The translations under genes and the position numbers were made by a program. A DNA stretch of 40,722 bases from positions 1 through 40,722 of the forward strand of contig JBDGRE010000002.1 in assembly GCA_042218325.1 (NCBI GenBank). Direction: 5' to 3'. Origin of the DNA: Candidatus Nanohaloarchaea archaeon (GTDB lineage Archaea; Nanohalarchaeota; Nanosalinia; Nanosalinales; Nanosalinaceae). Below the pieces are notes generated by a model. That model was given only the letters and a program-made list of their open reading frames with translations, was not told the origin of the DNA and did not search any database. Positions 8,074 to 17,230 of this stretch are shown in pieces. The stretch's first letter is position 1; the number at the start of each line of letters is the position of its first letter.

Positions 8074-8211
8074 ATCCAGCTATTCCTGTTGCTTTGTTTT
8101 TAAACCTTTTTGCGGCTAAGCAAGACTTGGAAGTCTTCATAGACGCCTTCTTGCTCCAAAAATCTCTCTAAGAGCTTCTATAGCTCTAAAAGCTTTTCCT
8201 ATTGCCCTTTC

Positions 8212-9222
8212 TCATCCTTTCTTGCTGTTTTCGTAGTTGTTCTTGACCACGAGTATGACAGACTTGAAGACCCCGAGGAGGATAGGACCGAAGAAAAGAC
8301 CGGGCGCGCCGAAGATGTAGACCCCACCTATGACACCTATCATTATGACCGCGGGGTGTAGCTCGGCGGACCTGTCGACCACTATCGGCCTGAGAACGTT
8401 GTCCGTGAGCCCCACGACGATCACGCCGTAGACCAGCAGGAAGATGCCCGCGGCATGCCTGTCCACGAGGAAAAGGTACACCGAGGCCGGTCCCCAGACC
8501 ATGAACGAGCCCACGAGAGGTATGAAGCCGAGGACAACCATCATGAAAGTCCAGAAGACGTAGTTAGGTACGCCCGCGATGAAGAGGCCGAGGCCCGCTA
8601 TCAGGCCCTGGGCTACCGCAACGAGTACGTGTCCCTTTATGACGGCCCAGGTTGTCTTGTCCGTACGCCTGTAAAGGCCTTCCTTCACGGGTTCTGGCAT
8701 CGGTATTATCTGCTTTATCCATGCCACCATCTCGTCGCCGTCCTTGAGGAAGTAGTAAAGCAGGAACAGCATCAGAGTCATCCCTATCGCGAGGCTTGTG
8801 AGAAGGTTGACGAACTCCGAGAAGCTGCCGAAAGTGGCGCTGGTGAACTCCCTGACCGCGTTATCTATCGTTGTCTCGACATCTATGCTCCGGCCCGTCC
8901 TGTCCTTTATTATCTGTTCCACTTGGGTCGTGTTGATGACATCGGTCTGGTTCAGGTCCTGTGTGAAGTCCTGCGCGTCCTGTATGACCGCGGCAGTGGC
9001 TATGGATAGTGGCAGGACCGCTGCAGCCACGGCGAAAAGCATCAGCAGGAACGCCGAGACCCTCGCACCGGTCACCGGCTCTATCCTCTTCTGCAAAGGG
9101 TACAGGATGAACGCAAGGAGCACTGCGAAAAGCACGTAGGCCAGGAAAGGCTTAACCATAAGCCATGTCGCGGCACTGAGCACGGCGACCAGCACCGCGA
9201 GGAAGGTCTTTTCGGCCTCCAT
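8212..9222 (-). CDS. AI-2E family transporter
   Basis: LAFILYPL, YYFLKDG, DNVLRP, GLFFGP motifs. Confidence 0.92.
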   Translation of the reverse strand: MEAEKTFLAVLVAVLSAATWLMVKPFLAYVLFAVLLAFILYPLQKRIEPVTGARVSAFLLMLFAVAAAVLPLSIATAAVIQDAQDFTQDLNQTDVINTTQVEQIIKDRTGRSIDVETTIDNAVREFTSATFGSFSEFVNLLTSLAIGMTLMLFLLYYFLKDGDEMVAWIKQIIPMPEPVKEGLYRRTDKTTWAVIKGHVLVAVAQGLIAGLGLFIAGVPNYVFWTFMMVVLGFIPLVGSFMVWGPASVYLFLVDRHAAGIFLLVYGVIVVGLTDNVLRPIVVDRSAELHPAVIMIGVIGGVYIFGAPGLFFGPILLGVFKSVILVVKNNYENSKKG

Positions 9223-9243
9223 ATACCGGAATTGTGCCCGATA

Positions 9244-10428
9244 CTAAATAAAACCCGGCAGGTAGAAGGATATGGCCGGCACCATCAGCACCGCCATGCA
9301 GCACGCCCGCTCGCCGGAGAGCAGAGCAGCGTAGCCAATCGCCGACGCCGTGGCGAGCAGGAGAAAGCCCACGGGACCAGTGAGAGCGACCGTTACAGCG
9401 ACGAGAAGCGCTGCGACTGCGTAGAACACCCTGTCGATATCGGTCCGGCGCATCAGCGAGACGAACCGGGGAGAAACGGAAAGCGCGAGCGGCGCGGACA
9501 GGCCTGCTGCGACGAGTGAACAGCCGGCGAGGAAGACGGAGTCCGGCATACCGAAGCTGGATATGCTGGAGAGCGCGACCGAGGCCCCGGAACGGCTCTT
9601 GCCTATCAAAAGCAGGGCCATGAAGGACACTATTATGTCCGAGGTGTTGACCCCTCCCATGCCTGCGAGGAACTCTTCGCGGGACGAGATCAGCGGCGAG
9701 AGAAAAGATGTCGAGACAGCCGCGCCCAGGCCCGGGAAGACACCGGCCAGGAGGCCCGCCATAAGGCCTGTTATGCCTCCCCTGAATGCGGTGGAGCCCG
9801 GGGGATAAACGTCCGCCTGGGGGGGTAGCTCGAAACCGTTCCGCAGGCCATGGTATATAGAGGGCAGTGCGAAAAGCCCCGAGAACACCGGTACGAGAAC
9901 GAACTCCTGGTTCACCGGCATCGAGAAAGACAGGAGGCCGAGCGCGCCTGCAAGGGCCGCGATGGCCGCGGAATTCCTGAGCCTGGCCGAGCGGAAGACG
10001 ATATACGACAGGAAGAACACCATGATGTAACCCATGTACGGTTCGACTGCGGAGTACGCGGGGCGGAGGTACAGCAGGATGAACGGCGCAGCCACGACGG
10101 CGGCCGCCACCGAGAAGACGCCACCGAGCACCGTGAGACGGAAAGCCTCTATACCCCTGCCTCTCACCGCCATCCTGGCCCCGGGGAGGGATGAAAGCGC
10201 GGACTCGGCCTCGGGAGCACCGATAAATATAGCGGGCAGGAAGTCGTGGAAAGTATGTGAAACCGACAGGCCGGCTACCAGCGCCATGTAGATGTTAAAA
10301 CCGATGCCAGAGGCGAAATAGAGCGGTAAGGTCGTAAATATCACAGTATTCGGGTGTATTCCCGGAACAAGACCTGTTAAAACTCCAAAGATTACTCCAA
10401 GGGCCAGAAAGGCGGCATAGACCAGCAT
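9244..10428 (-). CDS. TctA-like (tripartite tricarboxylate transporter permease / DUF112) membrane protein
   Basis: GVLTGLVPGIHPN, HTFHDFLPAIFIGAP, internal repeat AGVFPGLG. Confidence 0.85.
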   Translation of the reverse strand: MLVYAAFLALGVIFGVLTGLVPGIHPNTVIFTTLPLYFASGIGFNIYMALVAGLSVSHTFHDFLPAIFIGAPEAESALSSLPGARMAVRGRGIEAFRLTVLGGVFSVAAAVVAAPFILLYLRPAYSAVEPYMGYIMVFFLSYIVFRSARLRNSAAIAALAGALGLLSFSMPVNQEFVLVPVFSGLFALPSIYHGLRNGFELPPQADVYPPGSTAFRGGITGLMAGLLAGVFPGLGAAVSTSFLSPLISSREEFLAGMGGVNTSDIIVSFMALLLIGKSRSGASVALSSISSFGMPDSVFLAGCSLVAAGLSAPLALSVSPRFVSLMRRTDIDRVFYAVAALLVAVTVALTGPVGFLLLATASAIGYAALLSGERACCMAVLMVPAISFYLPGFI

Positions 10429-10450
10429 GGTTCGGGGTGGTCATCACGGA

Positions 10451-10458
10451 TATAAAAA
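10451..10458 (+). promoter_or_regulatory. TATA box of nac (probably a leaderless transcript)
   Basis: TATAAAAA begins 28 nt upstream of ATG 10479. Confidence 0.6.
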
Positions 10459-10478
10459 ATGTCCTCGCATCACGGCCT

Positions 10479-10784
10479 ATGTTCGGCGGAGATATGTCCA
10501 AGATGATGAAGCAGATGGGTGTCGATATGGAAGAGATCGACGCCGATCGGGTAGTGGTCGAAATCGGTGACAGGAAGCTCGTTTTCGAGACCCCACAGCT
10601 CTCGAAGATCAACGCGCAGGGGCAGGAAGTCTTCCAGCTCCAGGGCGACTACAGCGAGGTGGAGGACGTCTCGAGCGAAGACATCGAGCTCGTGATGGAC
10701 AAGACCGGCTGCAGCGAGGAAGAGGCCCGGGAAGCACTTGAGAACGCGGATGACGTCGCCGGCGCGGTCATGGAGCTCCAGTAG
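10479..10784 (+). CDS. nac: nascent polypeptide-associated complex protein
   Basis: KMMKQMGVDMEEIDA, EDIELVMDKTGCSEEEAREAL (NAC plus UBA). Confidence 0.95.
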   Translation: MFGGDMSKMMKQMGVDMEEIDADRVVVEIGDRKLVFETPQLSKINAQGQEVFQLQGDYSEVEDVSSEDIELVMDKTGCSEEEAREALENADDVAGAVMELQ

Positions 10785-10923
10785 CAGATTCACTCGGAGC
10801 CGGAACAAAGCATGATGCTCGCCCCGATTGCGTCCGCGACAAGCTCCTGACAACTTCCACTCATATCTTTTCTTGATTTAACCTGCCGCCTCTTACTCAG
10901 CCATGATTCAGCACCCAAAGTGT

Positions 10924-12576
10924 TCAGCTCTGGATGTACTCCAGTATCTTGGAGTAGGCGGGCCGCGTTATCGCTATCCCGATGAGTATGCCTACTATCG
11001 TGGTCGTCGCGAACCCTCTTATCGATACGAGTGCGTCGCCAGTACCTGCGAGAGGGTATGATATCGCCGCGACGAGCACGGCGAACACTCCTATAGCGAA
11101 GTAGTGAGGGTTGCTGTTGCCCGAGTAGCGGTTGTAGCCTACTAGACCGAGGCCCGCGAATCCCACCATCAGGTTGGCGAAAGCTGGCGAGATGATCGGC
11201 ACCATGGCGCCTATCGTGGAGGCTGCGGAGGTGAATATGACGAAGAAAGCGGTCTTCATCCTCTTCTTCCAGTCCCTGACTCTTTCCCTGCCGGACTCGT
11301 CGGTTATGATTATCTGGTCGTCCACGCCGGTTCCTACCGCCGCGATTATACCTGCGACCGCGGAAAGCGTTAGCTCCCCGAAGGTCGAGAACCACAGGCC
11401 GAGGAGTATGAAAACCTCGGAGGAACCGGTTATGAAGAGCGGCAGGGCTATCTTCGGTTCTCTGTACCTCGCGAACACGAGGAGGGCGACCGCTACCAGC
11501 GAGAGAGCTATCGAGATCGTGGAAACCTTCATGAACTCGTTGCCGAGCGAGGAGCCGAGCTCGGTCTTCGACTCCACTCTGATGGATGCGTCAAGCGAGC
11601 CTGACTTCAGTATGGTGCGTATCCTGTCCGCCTCGAGCCGGGCCTTCTCCCTCCCTTCAGGCGTCTGCTGTGAAGCCGGTATCATTATTATGCGGTCGGT
11701 GGGCACTCCCGGCCCTATCGAGCCTATGCCGAGCGAGGTCTGGAGGTCGCCGTCGAGGTAGTACTTCAGCTGGACACTTGAGCCGTCTTCGTGGACGTAG
11801 TCGCCGCCGACGGTATCGAAGTTCTCCATAAGCGCCTTGAAGTCTCTCGCAGGCCCTGTCTTGTAAGTGACCGGTATCACCCAGTCGTACCGCGTCATCC
11901 GGTACTTTGCGCCGTTCTCCACCTGGCCGACGCTGGCCAGGTCCTCGCCGGTGTAGACACGCACTTCAAGGTTCGATACTTCCTCACTCGAGTTTATGTA
12001 GTGGAAACGGTATCCTTCAAGCGAGAACCGGTCGCCAGGCCTGTAGGTGCCGAGCGTGACCGAGTCGTCCTGTCTCTCCACAGTAACGGTGGAGTTACTC
12101 TTGCTCAGGAGGTAGCTTTCGCCTATGTCCAGCTGTTTCGAGTCCTTGACAGGCAGCGTCACTCGGGCCTCGAACATTCCCTGCCGGGCGATTATCTCCT
12201 CGAGGCTGCGGTCGGTCTGGTTCTCGTTGACGTTGCCGACCACCCTTATCTTCCAGCCGTCTATTTTGACCGTGTTGACCTTCGGGTCTTTTATCGAGTC
12301 TATCTGCCTGGCCCTGAGACGCAGAGTCGACGCCACGTCCTTGTTCAGTTTTCTCAGGTCGTCGCCAGTCTCATTCGTCTCGAGCGACAGCAGGAGCCTT
12401 GTCCCCCCTGTGAAGTCGACTCCGAGGTTGTCTTCAAGCCCCGTGAACTTGAGGTGGATGTCGCCGTTCTGTGAGACGTAGTTCGGCCGGAGAGCAGCCG
12501 CGGAGAGCAGCAGGACGACAATAAGGAATATTATCCTCCACTCCTTCATGAGAGATTTCAGCTCCAAGGCAGCCAC
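10924..12576 (-). CDS. secD: protein translocase subunit SecD
   Basis: LGVDFTGGT, ILKSGSL, AGIIAAVGTGVDDQIII, IAITRPAY. Confidence 0.95.
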   Translation of the reverse strand: MAALELKSLMKEWRIIFLIVVLLLSAAALRPNYVSQNGDIHLKFTGLEDNLGVDFTGGTRLLLSLETNETGDDLRKLNKDVASTLRLRARQIDSIKDPKVNTVKIDGWKIRVVGNVNENQTDRSLEEIIARQGMFEARVTLPVKDSKQLDIGESYLLSKSNSTVTVERQDDSVTLGTYRPGDRFSLEGYRFHYINSSEEVSNLEVRVYTGEDLASVGQVENGAKYRMTRYDWVIPVTYKTGPARDFKALMENFDTVGGDYVHEDGSSVQLKYYLDGDLQTSLGIGSIGPGVPTDRIIMIPASQQTPEGREKARLEADRIRTILKSGSLDASIRVESKTELGSSLGNEFMKVSTISIALSLVAVALLVFARYREPKIALPLFITGSSEVFILLGLWFSTFGELTLSAVAGIIAAVGTGVDDQIIITDESGRERVRDWKKRMKTAFFVIFTSAASTIGAMVPIISPAFANLMVGFAGLGLVGYNRYSGNSNPHYFAIGVFAVLVAAISYPLAGTGDALVSIRGFATTTIVGILIGIAITRPAYSKILEYIQS

Positions 12577-13556
12577 CTACTGTCCATCATGGATTCCACG
12601 GGTTTCCAGTCCTCCTCCTCCGCGTATCTCTTGAGTATGTACGCGTTCCCGAACCAGGTCAAGGGCATGTCGGCCAGCAGGCCTATCACCATCACCGACG
12701 CCACCTCTGTCAGGATCGACGGGGCGCCGACCAGGCCCATCGCCACTATGTACAGTATTGTGAACGCAACTATGCCCCCCGAGCTCATGGTGACACCCGT
12801 CTTCAGGCTGCTGAATATACGGCTCTTCAGGCTGCCGTGCGTCTTCTTCAATACGCGGCTCGACAGCACGATGTCGGTGTCGACCGAGTAACCTATGAGC
12901 ATCAGCAGCGCCGCGATGGTGCCGAGCGTCAGCGGGATACCGAGCAGCGACATCATGGCGAGGGAGAATATTATGTCTCCCGAGGCGGCGAATATAACCG
13001 CGAGAGACGGGGTGATGTCCTTGAAGGCGGCGAATATCACTATGCTCATCGTCGTGAACGCAAGCACCACTGCGACCACGGCCTGGGTGAAGAAGCTCTG
13101 CGAGACCGCCGGCGAGTAGGTGGCAAGCTGTATGGAGTCCGGGCCGCCGGGCAACGTGTAGCCGGCGCCGGATAGTATCTCGGCGACCTCGGTCTTGTTC
13201 TTCGTACTTTCCTTCAGCTTGACGAGTATGAGCGGCCGATCCGCATCGGGCTCCCCGATGGTCGCCTGGGCGTCAGGATAGCCGGCGGATGCGAACGCTC
13301 TCTCCACCTCGAGTACGTCGGGCGTGGATGAGAGGCGGGCCTGTATCTCTGTGCCGCTGGAGAACTCTACACCCTTCTCGAAGACGCTGCCAGGCGTGAA
13401 CGAAAAGGAGCCGTTCTCGACCTGGACGTAGGGGAACTCGGCGGTCGCCATGTAGCTTGCTCCAAGTATCCCTACTGACAGCAGTACGAGGGCCAGCGGT
13501 ATGATAGCGTACCGGTCGTAGTTCTCGTATACGCGGTCGAAATATTGCTCGAACAC
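12558..13556 (-). CDS. secF: protein translocase subunit SecF
   Basis: GVEFSSGT, AALLMLIGYSVDTDI; overlaps the secD start. Confidence 0.95.
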   Translation of the reverse strand: MFEQYFDRVYENYDRYAIIPLALVLLSVGILGASYMATAEFPYVQVENGSFSFTPGSVFEKGVEFSSGTEIQARLSSTPDVLEVERAFASAGYPDAQATIGEPDADRPLILVKLKESTKNKTEVAEILSGAGYTLPGGPDSIQLATYSPAVSQSFFTQAVVAVVLAFTTMSIVIFAAFKDITPSLAVIFAASGDIIFSLAMMSLLGIPLTLGTIAALLMLIGYSVDTDIVLSSRVLKKTHGSLKSRIFSSLKTGVTMSSGGIVAFTILYIVAMGLVGAPSILTEVASVMVIGLLADMPLTWFGNAYILKRYAEEEDWKPVESMMDSRWLPWS

Positions 13557-13640
13557 AGCTAAAATGCGGGCGTGGAACCCTTTTAAATTAGACGGCGGTC
13601 GAGGGAGGTCATAAAAATCTCCTGCCGAAACCTTCCGAAC

Positions 13641-16094
13641 ATGCGCGACATTTTCGAGAAAATAAACGACTTCTTCACGGTGGAAGGGCTGAAAAGTAAC
13701 TGGGCGGTGCTGTCGGTGGCCGCGATCTTCATGTTCGGGGTGTGGCTACGTTACGCACCGGAACAGGGCATGGCTTACCTCCAGGCCCTGGACCCTTACA
13801 TGATATTCAGGATGTCGAAACACATGGCTCTCGAGGGCGGCCTGCCGCCGCTTGACTTCATGCGATACTTCCCGTACGCGCAACCGGTTTACAGCGTGCA
13901 GCTGGGTGATATCGCCTTCCCTGCGCTTTTCTACTGGCTGGGGCCTTTCCTGTTCTTCCCTTCCTACCTTGAATGGGCGCAGTTCTTCCCCGCACTCATG
14001 GGCGGCGTCGGGATACTGTTCATGTACCTCTTCGCCAGGGAGACCTGGAACCGGACCGCGGGTGTCTCGGCGGCTTTCTTCCTCGCTACCATCGCCGGCG
14101 TGCTTCACAGGACCTCGGCAGGCTTCTTCGAGAAGGAGCCTGTAGGCACCGCGTTCATGATGATGTCGCTCTACTTCTTCTCCAGGGCCTGGAAGCGTGA
14201 GGACTGGTACGCCGGTATCGGTTCCGGCCTGGCGCTGGCCGCTTTCACACTCTCCTGGGGTGGTTCAAGGATGATGTGGCTTCTTTACCCGCTCGTAGTC
14301 GGAACAGTGTTACTTCTCGACGAGGATATCGAGGGGCTGACCCGCGCGTACACGCCTACAGTTATAATCGGAGGAGCGGCCGCGGCCGTGCAGCCGGCAA
14401 GGTTCTGGTTCACCGGCTCGCTGTTCATCGCGAACATAGGGATGGTCGGCCTGCTGTGGAGCCGCAGGCTCGTCGAGGAGCTGGAGATCATAGGCGAAGA
14501 TAAGCTATCATACTACACTCCCACCGTCTCACTCGTCGGTGCTGTCCTGGCAGGTCTTTCACCTCTCTACTCCGATTTCATCGCATCCCGGATACTTTCC
14601 ATAATGAAGAAGGTCACACAGGGCACCTCGGGAGACGTTATCGCGGGGACCGTTGCCGAGAACCAGGCCGCGTCCCTGTCACAGGTCGTATCCCAGCTCG
14701 GGGCGCTTTCCGCGGTCCGCATTAACCCACTGCTCGGCTACATCTCGAACGTCGCCGGCCCGTGGCCGCTGATGTTTATCGGGGTAGCGTTCCTCGGGAC
14801 TTCTCTGGCGTTCATGGTGGCGAGGAAGTACGGCCTCGTCGGCGCCACCGTCGAGGATGCCAGCTACTACTACGCTTTCAGCGGTGTACTGCTGGCGTGG
14901 GTGCTGGCGTTCTCGTTCTTCTTCCAGTCATCTGTGCTCATAGCAGTCCTGCCCGCTGTATTCGCCGTGCTGGCAGGAGCTATAGCCGTCTACACACTCA
15001 AGGAGTTCGGTGACAGGGAGATAGAGTACAGGTGGTACTACTTCCTGCCGTTCTTCTGGACAGTCACAAACGTACTCGCGGCGGTAGCCAAGTCCCGGCT
15101 GATATTCCTCGCCGCCTTCCCGGTGGCGATGGGCGCAGGCTACACGCTTTCGCTGGTCATAGACCAGCTACGGGAGTTCAATCTCGGTGACCTGTTCAGG
15201 GATGTCGACCCAGGGCAGGCCCGGGCCGCGGCACTCGTACTCGTGCTGCTGCCTGTGCTCGTGGTGAACGCAGCCTCCGGCTACGCGAGCTCGCAGCAGA
15301 TAGGGGGCTCGCCCAACCAGCTCTGGATGGAGAACCTCGACTACATGTCGAGCGAGACACCGGAGGGATCGGTTATACTGTCCTGGTGGGACTACGGTTA
15401 CTGGTTCGAATCCATCGGCAGGAGGCCCGCGGTCGCGGACGGTGGAAACGCCGGTTTCTACTCGAGCGAGAGGTACGGGAAGGTCAACTACCCGATAGCA
15501 GACTTCCTGACATCATCTCACCCCTCCAACCACACTTACCTGCTGGAAAAGCACTCGGTGGACTATCTAGTGCTCGATAACTCGATGATAGGCAAGTACT
15601 CCGCGGTATCCCAGATCTCGAACCGCGATAACTCCGAGTTCGAGTCGATGCTGACACTCGGGACGAACAACCTGAGGAACTCGCTCAGCCGCAGCGGCAA
15701 CAGCACCGTCGCACAGCTGACCGGACGCGGCATCAAGGCCTACGTACCGGTCTCCATAGAGGGAAGCACGATAGATATCTCGGGAGCGCCGAACATGGAG
15801 GTCAGGGGCAGCAGGATACCTATCGACTGCGTCCTGACCGAGAACGGCAGGAAGACCTTCAACGTGACACGGCAGCCAGCCAGGTACTGCGCCGTCGAGG
15901 ACCCGTACTACAGCTTCGAGAGAGGTGCCTCGCAGCAGGGCTTACCGTCCAGAGTGATACTGGTGCCCAAGTCGATAGCTGATTCGACCCTCGTGAGGCT
16001 GTACCTGATGGACGGCTACGGGCTTGAGTGGGCGGAAAAGGTGCCCGGAGGCTCGAACGGCTACATCAAGATGTGGAAGATAGACAAGCCATGA
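13641..16094 (+). CDS. aglB: oligosaccharyltransferase AglB (STT3 family)
   Basis: DPY, TVAE, SWWDYGYW, DNSMIGK motifs; many TM helices. Confidence 0.96.
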   Translation: MRDIFEKINDFFTVEGLKSNWAVLSVAAIFMFGVWLRYAPEQGMAYLQALDPYMIFRMSKHMALEGGLPPLDFMRYFPYAQPVYSVQLGDIAFPALFYWLGPFLFFPSYLEWAQFFPALMGGVGILFMYLFARETWNRTAGVSAAFFLATIAGVLHRTSAGFFEKEPVGTAFMMMSLYFFSRAWKREDWYAGIGSGLALAAFTLSWGGSRMMWLLYPLVVGTVLLLDEDIEGLTRAYTPTVIIGGAAAAVQPARFWFTGSLFIANIGMVGLLWSRRLVEELEIIGEDKLSYYTPTVSLVGAVLAGLSPLYSDFIASRILSIMKKVTQGTSGDVIAGTVAENQAASLSQVVSQLGALSAVRINPLLGYISNVAGPWPLMFIGVAFLGTSLAFMVARKYGLVGATVEDASYYYAFSGVLLAWVLAFSFFFQSSVLIAVLPAVFAVLAGAIAVYTLKEFGDREIEYRWYYFLPFFWTVTNVLAAVAKSRLIFLAAFPVAMGAGYTLSLVIDQLREFNLGDLFRDVDPGQARAAALVLVLLPVLVVNAASGYASSQQIGGSPNQLWMENLDYMSSETPEGSVILSWWDYGYWFESIGRRPAVADGGNAGFYSSERYGKVNYPIADFLTSSHPSNHTYLLEKHSVDYLVLDNSMIGKYSAVSQISNRDNSEFESMLTLGTNNLRNSLSRSGNSTVAQLTGRGIKAYVPVSIEGSTIDISGAPNMEVRGSRIPIDCVLTENGRKTFNVTRQPARYCAVEDPYYSFERGASQQGLPSRVILVPKSIADSTLVRLYLMDGYGLEWAEKVPGGSNGYIKMWKIDKP

Positions 16095-17230
16095 TATACC
16101 TCACAGCGTCGCTGCTGCTCGGATGCCTCGTGGTACTGCTCGGGACTCCTTACTCCCTGAGATACCTGTCCGCGTCCGGGCTTTTCGCTGTCGACCAGCA
16201 GAAGCCGGGTAAGCCCAGACTTCCAAGCTCCGGCGGAATCGTGGTGCTCTTCGGATTCATAGTATCCATCACGAGCTATCTCGCCATGTCCGCGTTTCTT
16301 GACGTCCCGGAGATAGATGCCGCGGTGACGCTCGCGGCGCTGAACTCAGCTGTCATAATCGGCCTTATAGGCCTGCTGGACGATATACACGTCGACCTCG
16401 AGTCAGTCATAAGGGAGCACATAGAGTTCGAGGGAGAAGAGATAGAGATCGATATAGACACCGGCGTCGAGGTTGAGCAGCTACCCCACCAGCGGCTGCT
16501 TGGCTCGGTGACCGGAGACTTCACGGAGGACGAGGGCTCCGAAGACATACTGAGAGAGGGCCTCGGACAGGTCCCCAAGATGCTTTTCGTCCTTCCCGCA
16601 GCGCTCCCGTTGATAGCTGTCGGCGCGGGCTCCTGGACCATGGTCTTCCCCGTGATAGGAGAGATAAGCTGGGGTCTCCTCTACCCGTTCGTGTTGCTGC
16701 CTCTCGGCCTGCTGTTCGTCGCGAACGTGGTGAACATGCTCGCGGGCACGAACGGTCTATGCGCATCCATGAGCCTCGTGGCCTCGTCCGCGCTCGGCGT
16801 TTACGCCCTTTTCAACCAGCAGATGGAGGCCGCGTTGATAGCCTTCAGCATAGCTGCTTCGCTGGCCGCGTTCCTGAAGTACAACTTCTACCCCGCCTCC
16901 GTGATGCCAGGAGACGTCCTCCCGTACCTCGCCGGGGCCGCGATGTTCTCCGCGATGGTGATAGGTAACATGGAGAAGTTCGGTGTCTTCATCTTCGCGC
17001 CGTGGTTCATCGAGTTCTTCCTGAAGCTCCGCAGCGGGTTCTCGGCGCATTCCTGGGGTATCCTCCAGGAGGACGGCACCCTTGAGCCACAGCACGAGAA
17101 GACCTACTCCCTGACGCATCCTCTCATGAGGAGGGGGCTGGACGAGCGCCAGGTAACGCTCGCGCTCGCGGGAATGGAAACATTAATCTGTGTGGCCGCT
17201 TTATTCCTGTTCACGAGAGGGATACTGTGA
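16091..17230 (+). CDS. UDP-GlcNAc:dolichol-P GlcNAc-1-P transferase-like (AglH/GPT, MraY superfamily)
   Basis: LPSSGG, GLLDD, NVVNMLAGTNGL, YNFYPASVMPGD; ATGA overlap with the aglB stop. Confidence 0.9.
   Translation: MIYLTASLLLGCLVVLLGTPYSLRYLSASGLFAVDQQKPGKPRLPSSGGIVVLFGFIVSITSYLAMSAFLDVPEIDAAVTLAALNSAVIIGLIGLLDDIHVDLESVIREHIEFEGEEIEIDIDTGVEVEQLPHQRLLGSVTGDFTEDEGSEDILREGLGQVPKMLFVLPAALPLIAVGAGSWTMVFPVIGEISWGLLYPFVLLPLGLLFVANVVNMLAGTNGLCASMSLVASSALGVYALFNQQMEAALIAFSIAASLAAFLKYNFYPASVMPGDVLPYLAGAAMFSAMVIGNMEKFGVFIFAPWFIEFFLKLRSGFSAHSWGILQEDGTLEPQHEKTYSLTHPLMRRGLDERQVTLALAGMETLICVAALFLFTRGIL

Noticed and set aside
8182-8195. 14-mer AGCTCTAAAAGCTT also present inverted at 40646-40659
   Set aside because: A few 14-nt matches are expected by chance in 40 kb, and orientation relative to the downstream genes is inconsistent.
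10785-10923. Possible C/D-box sRNA or 24-aa ORF between nac and secD
   Set aside because: The C box is imperfect (ATGATGC), spacing to CTGA is short, there are no clear internal boxes, and the peptide has no recognisable features.
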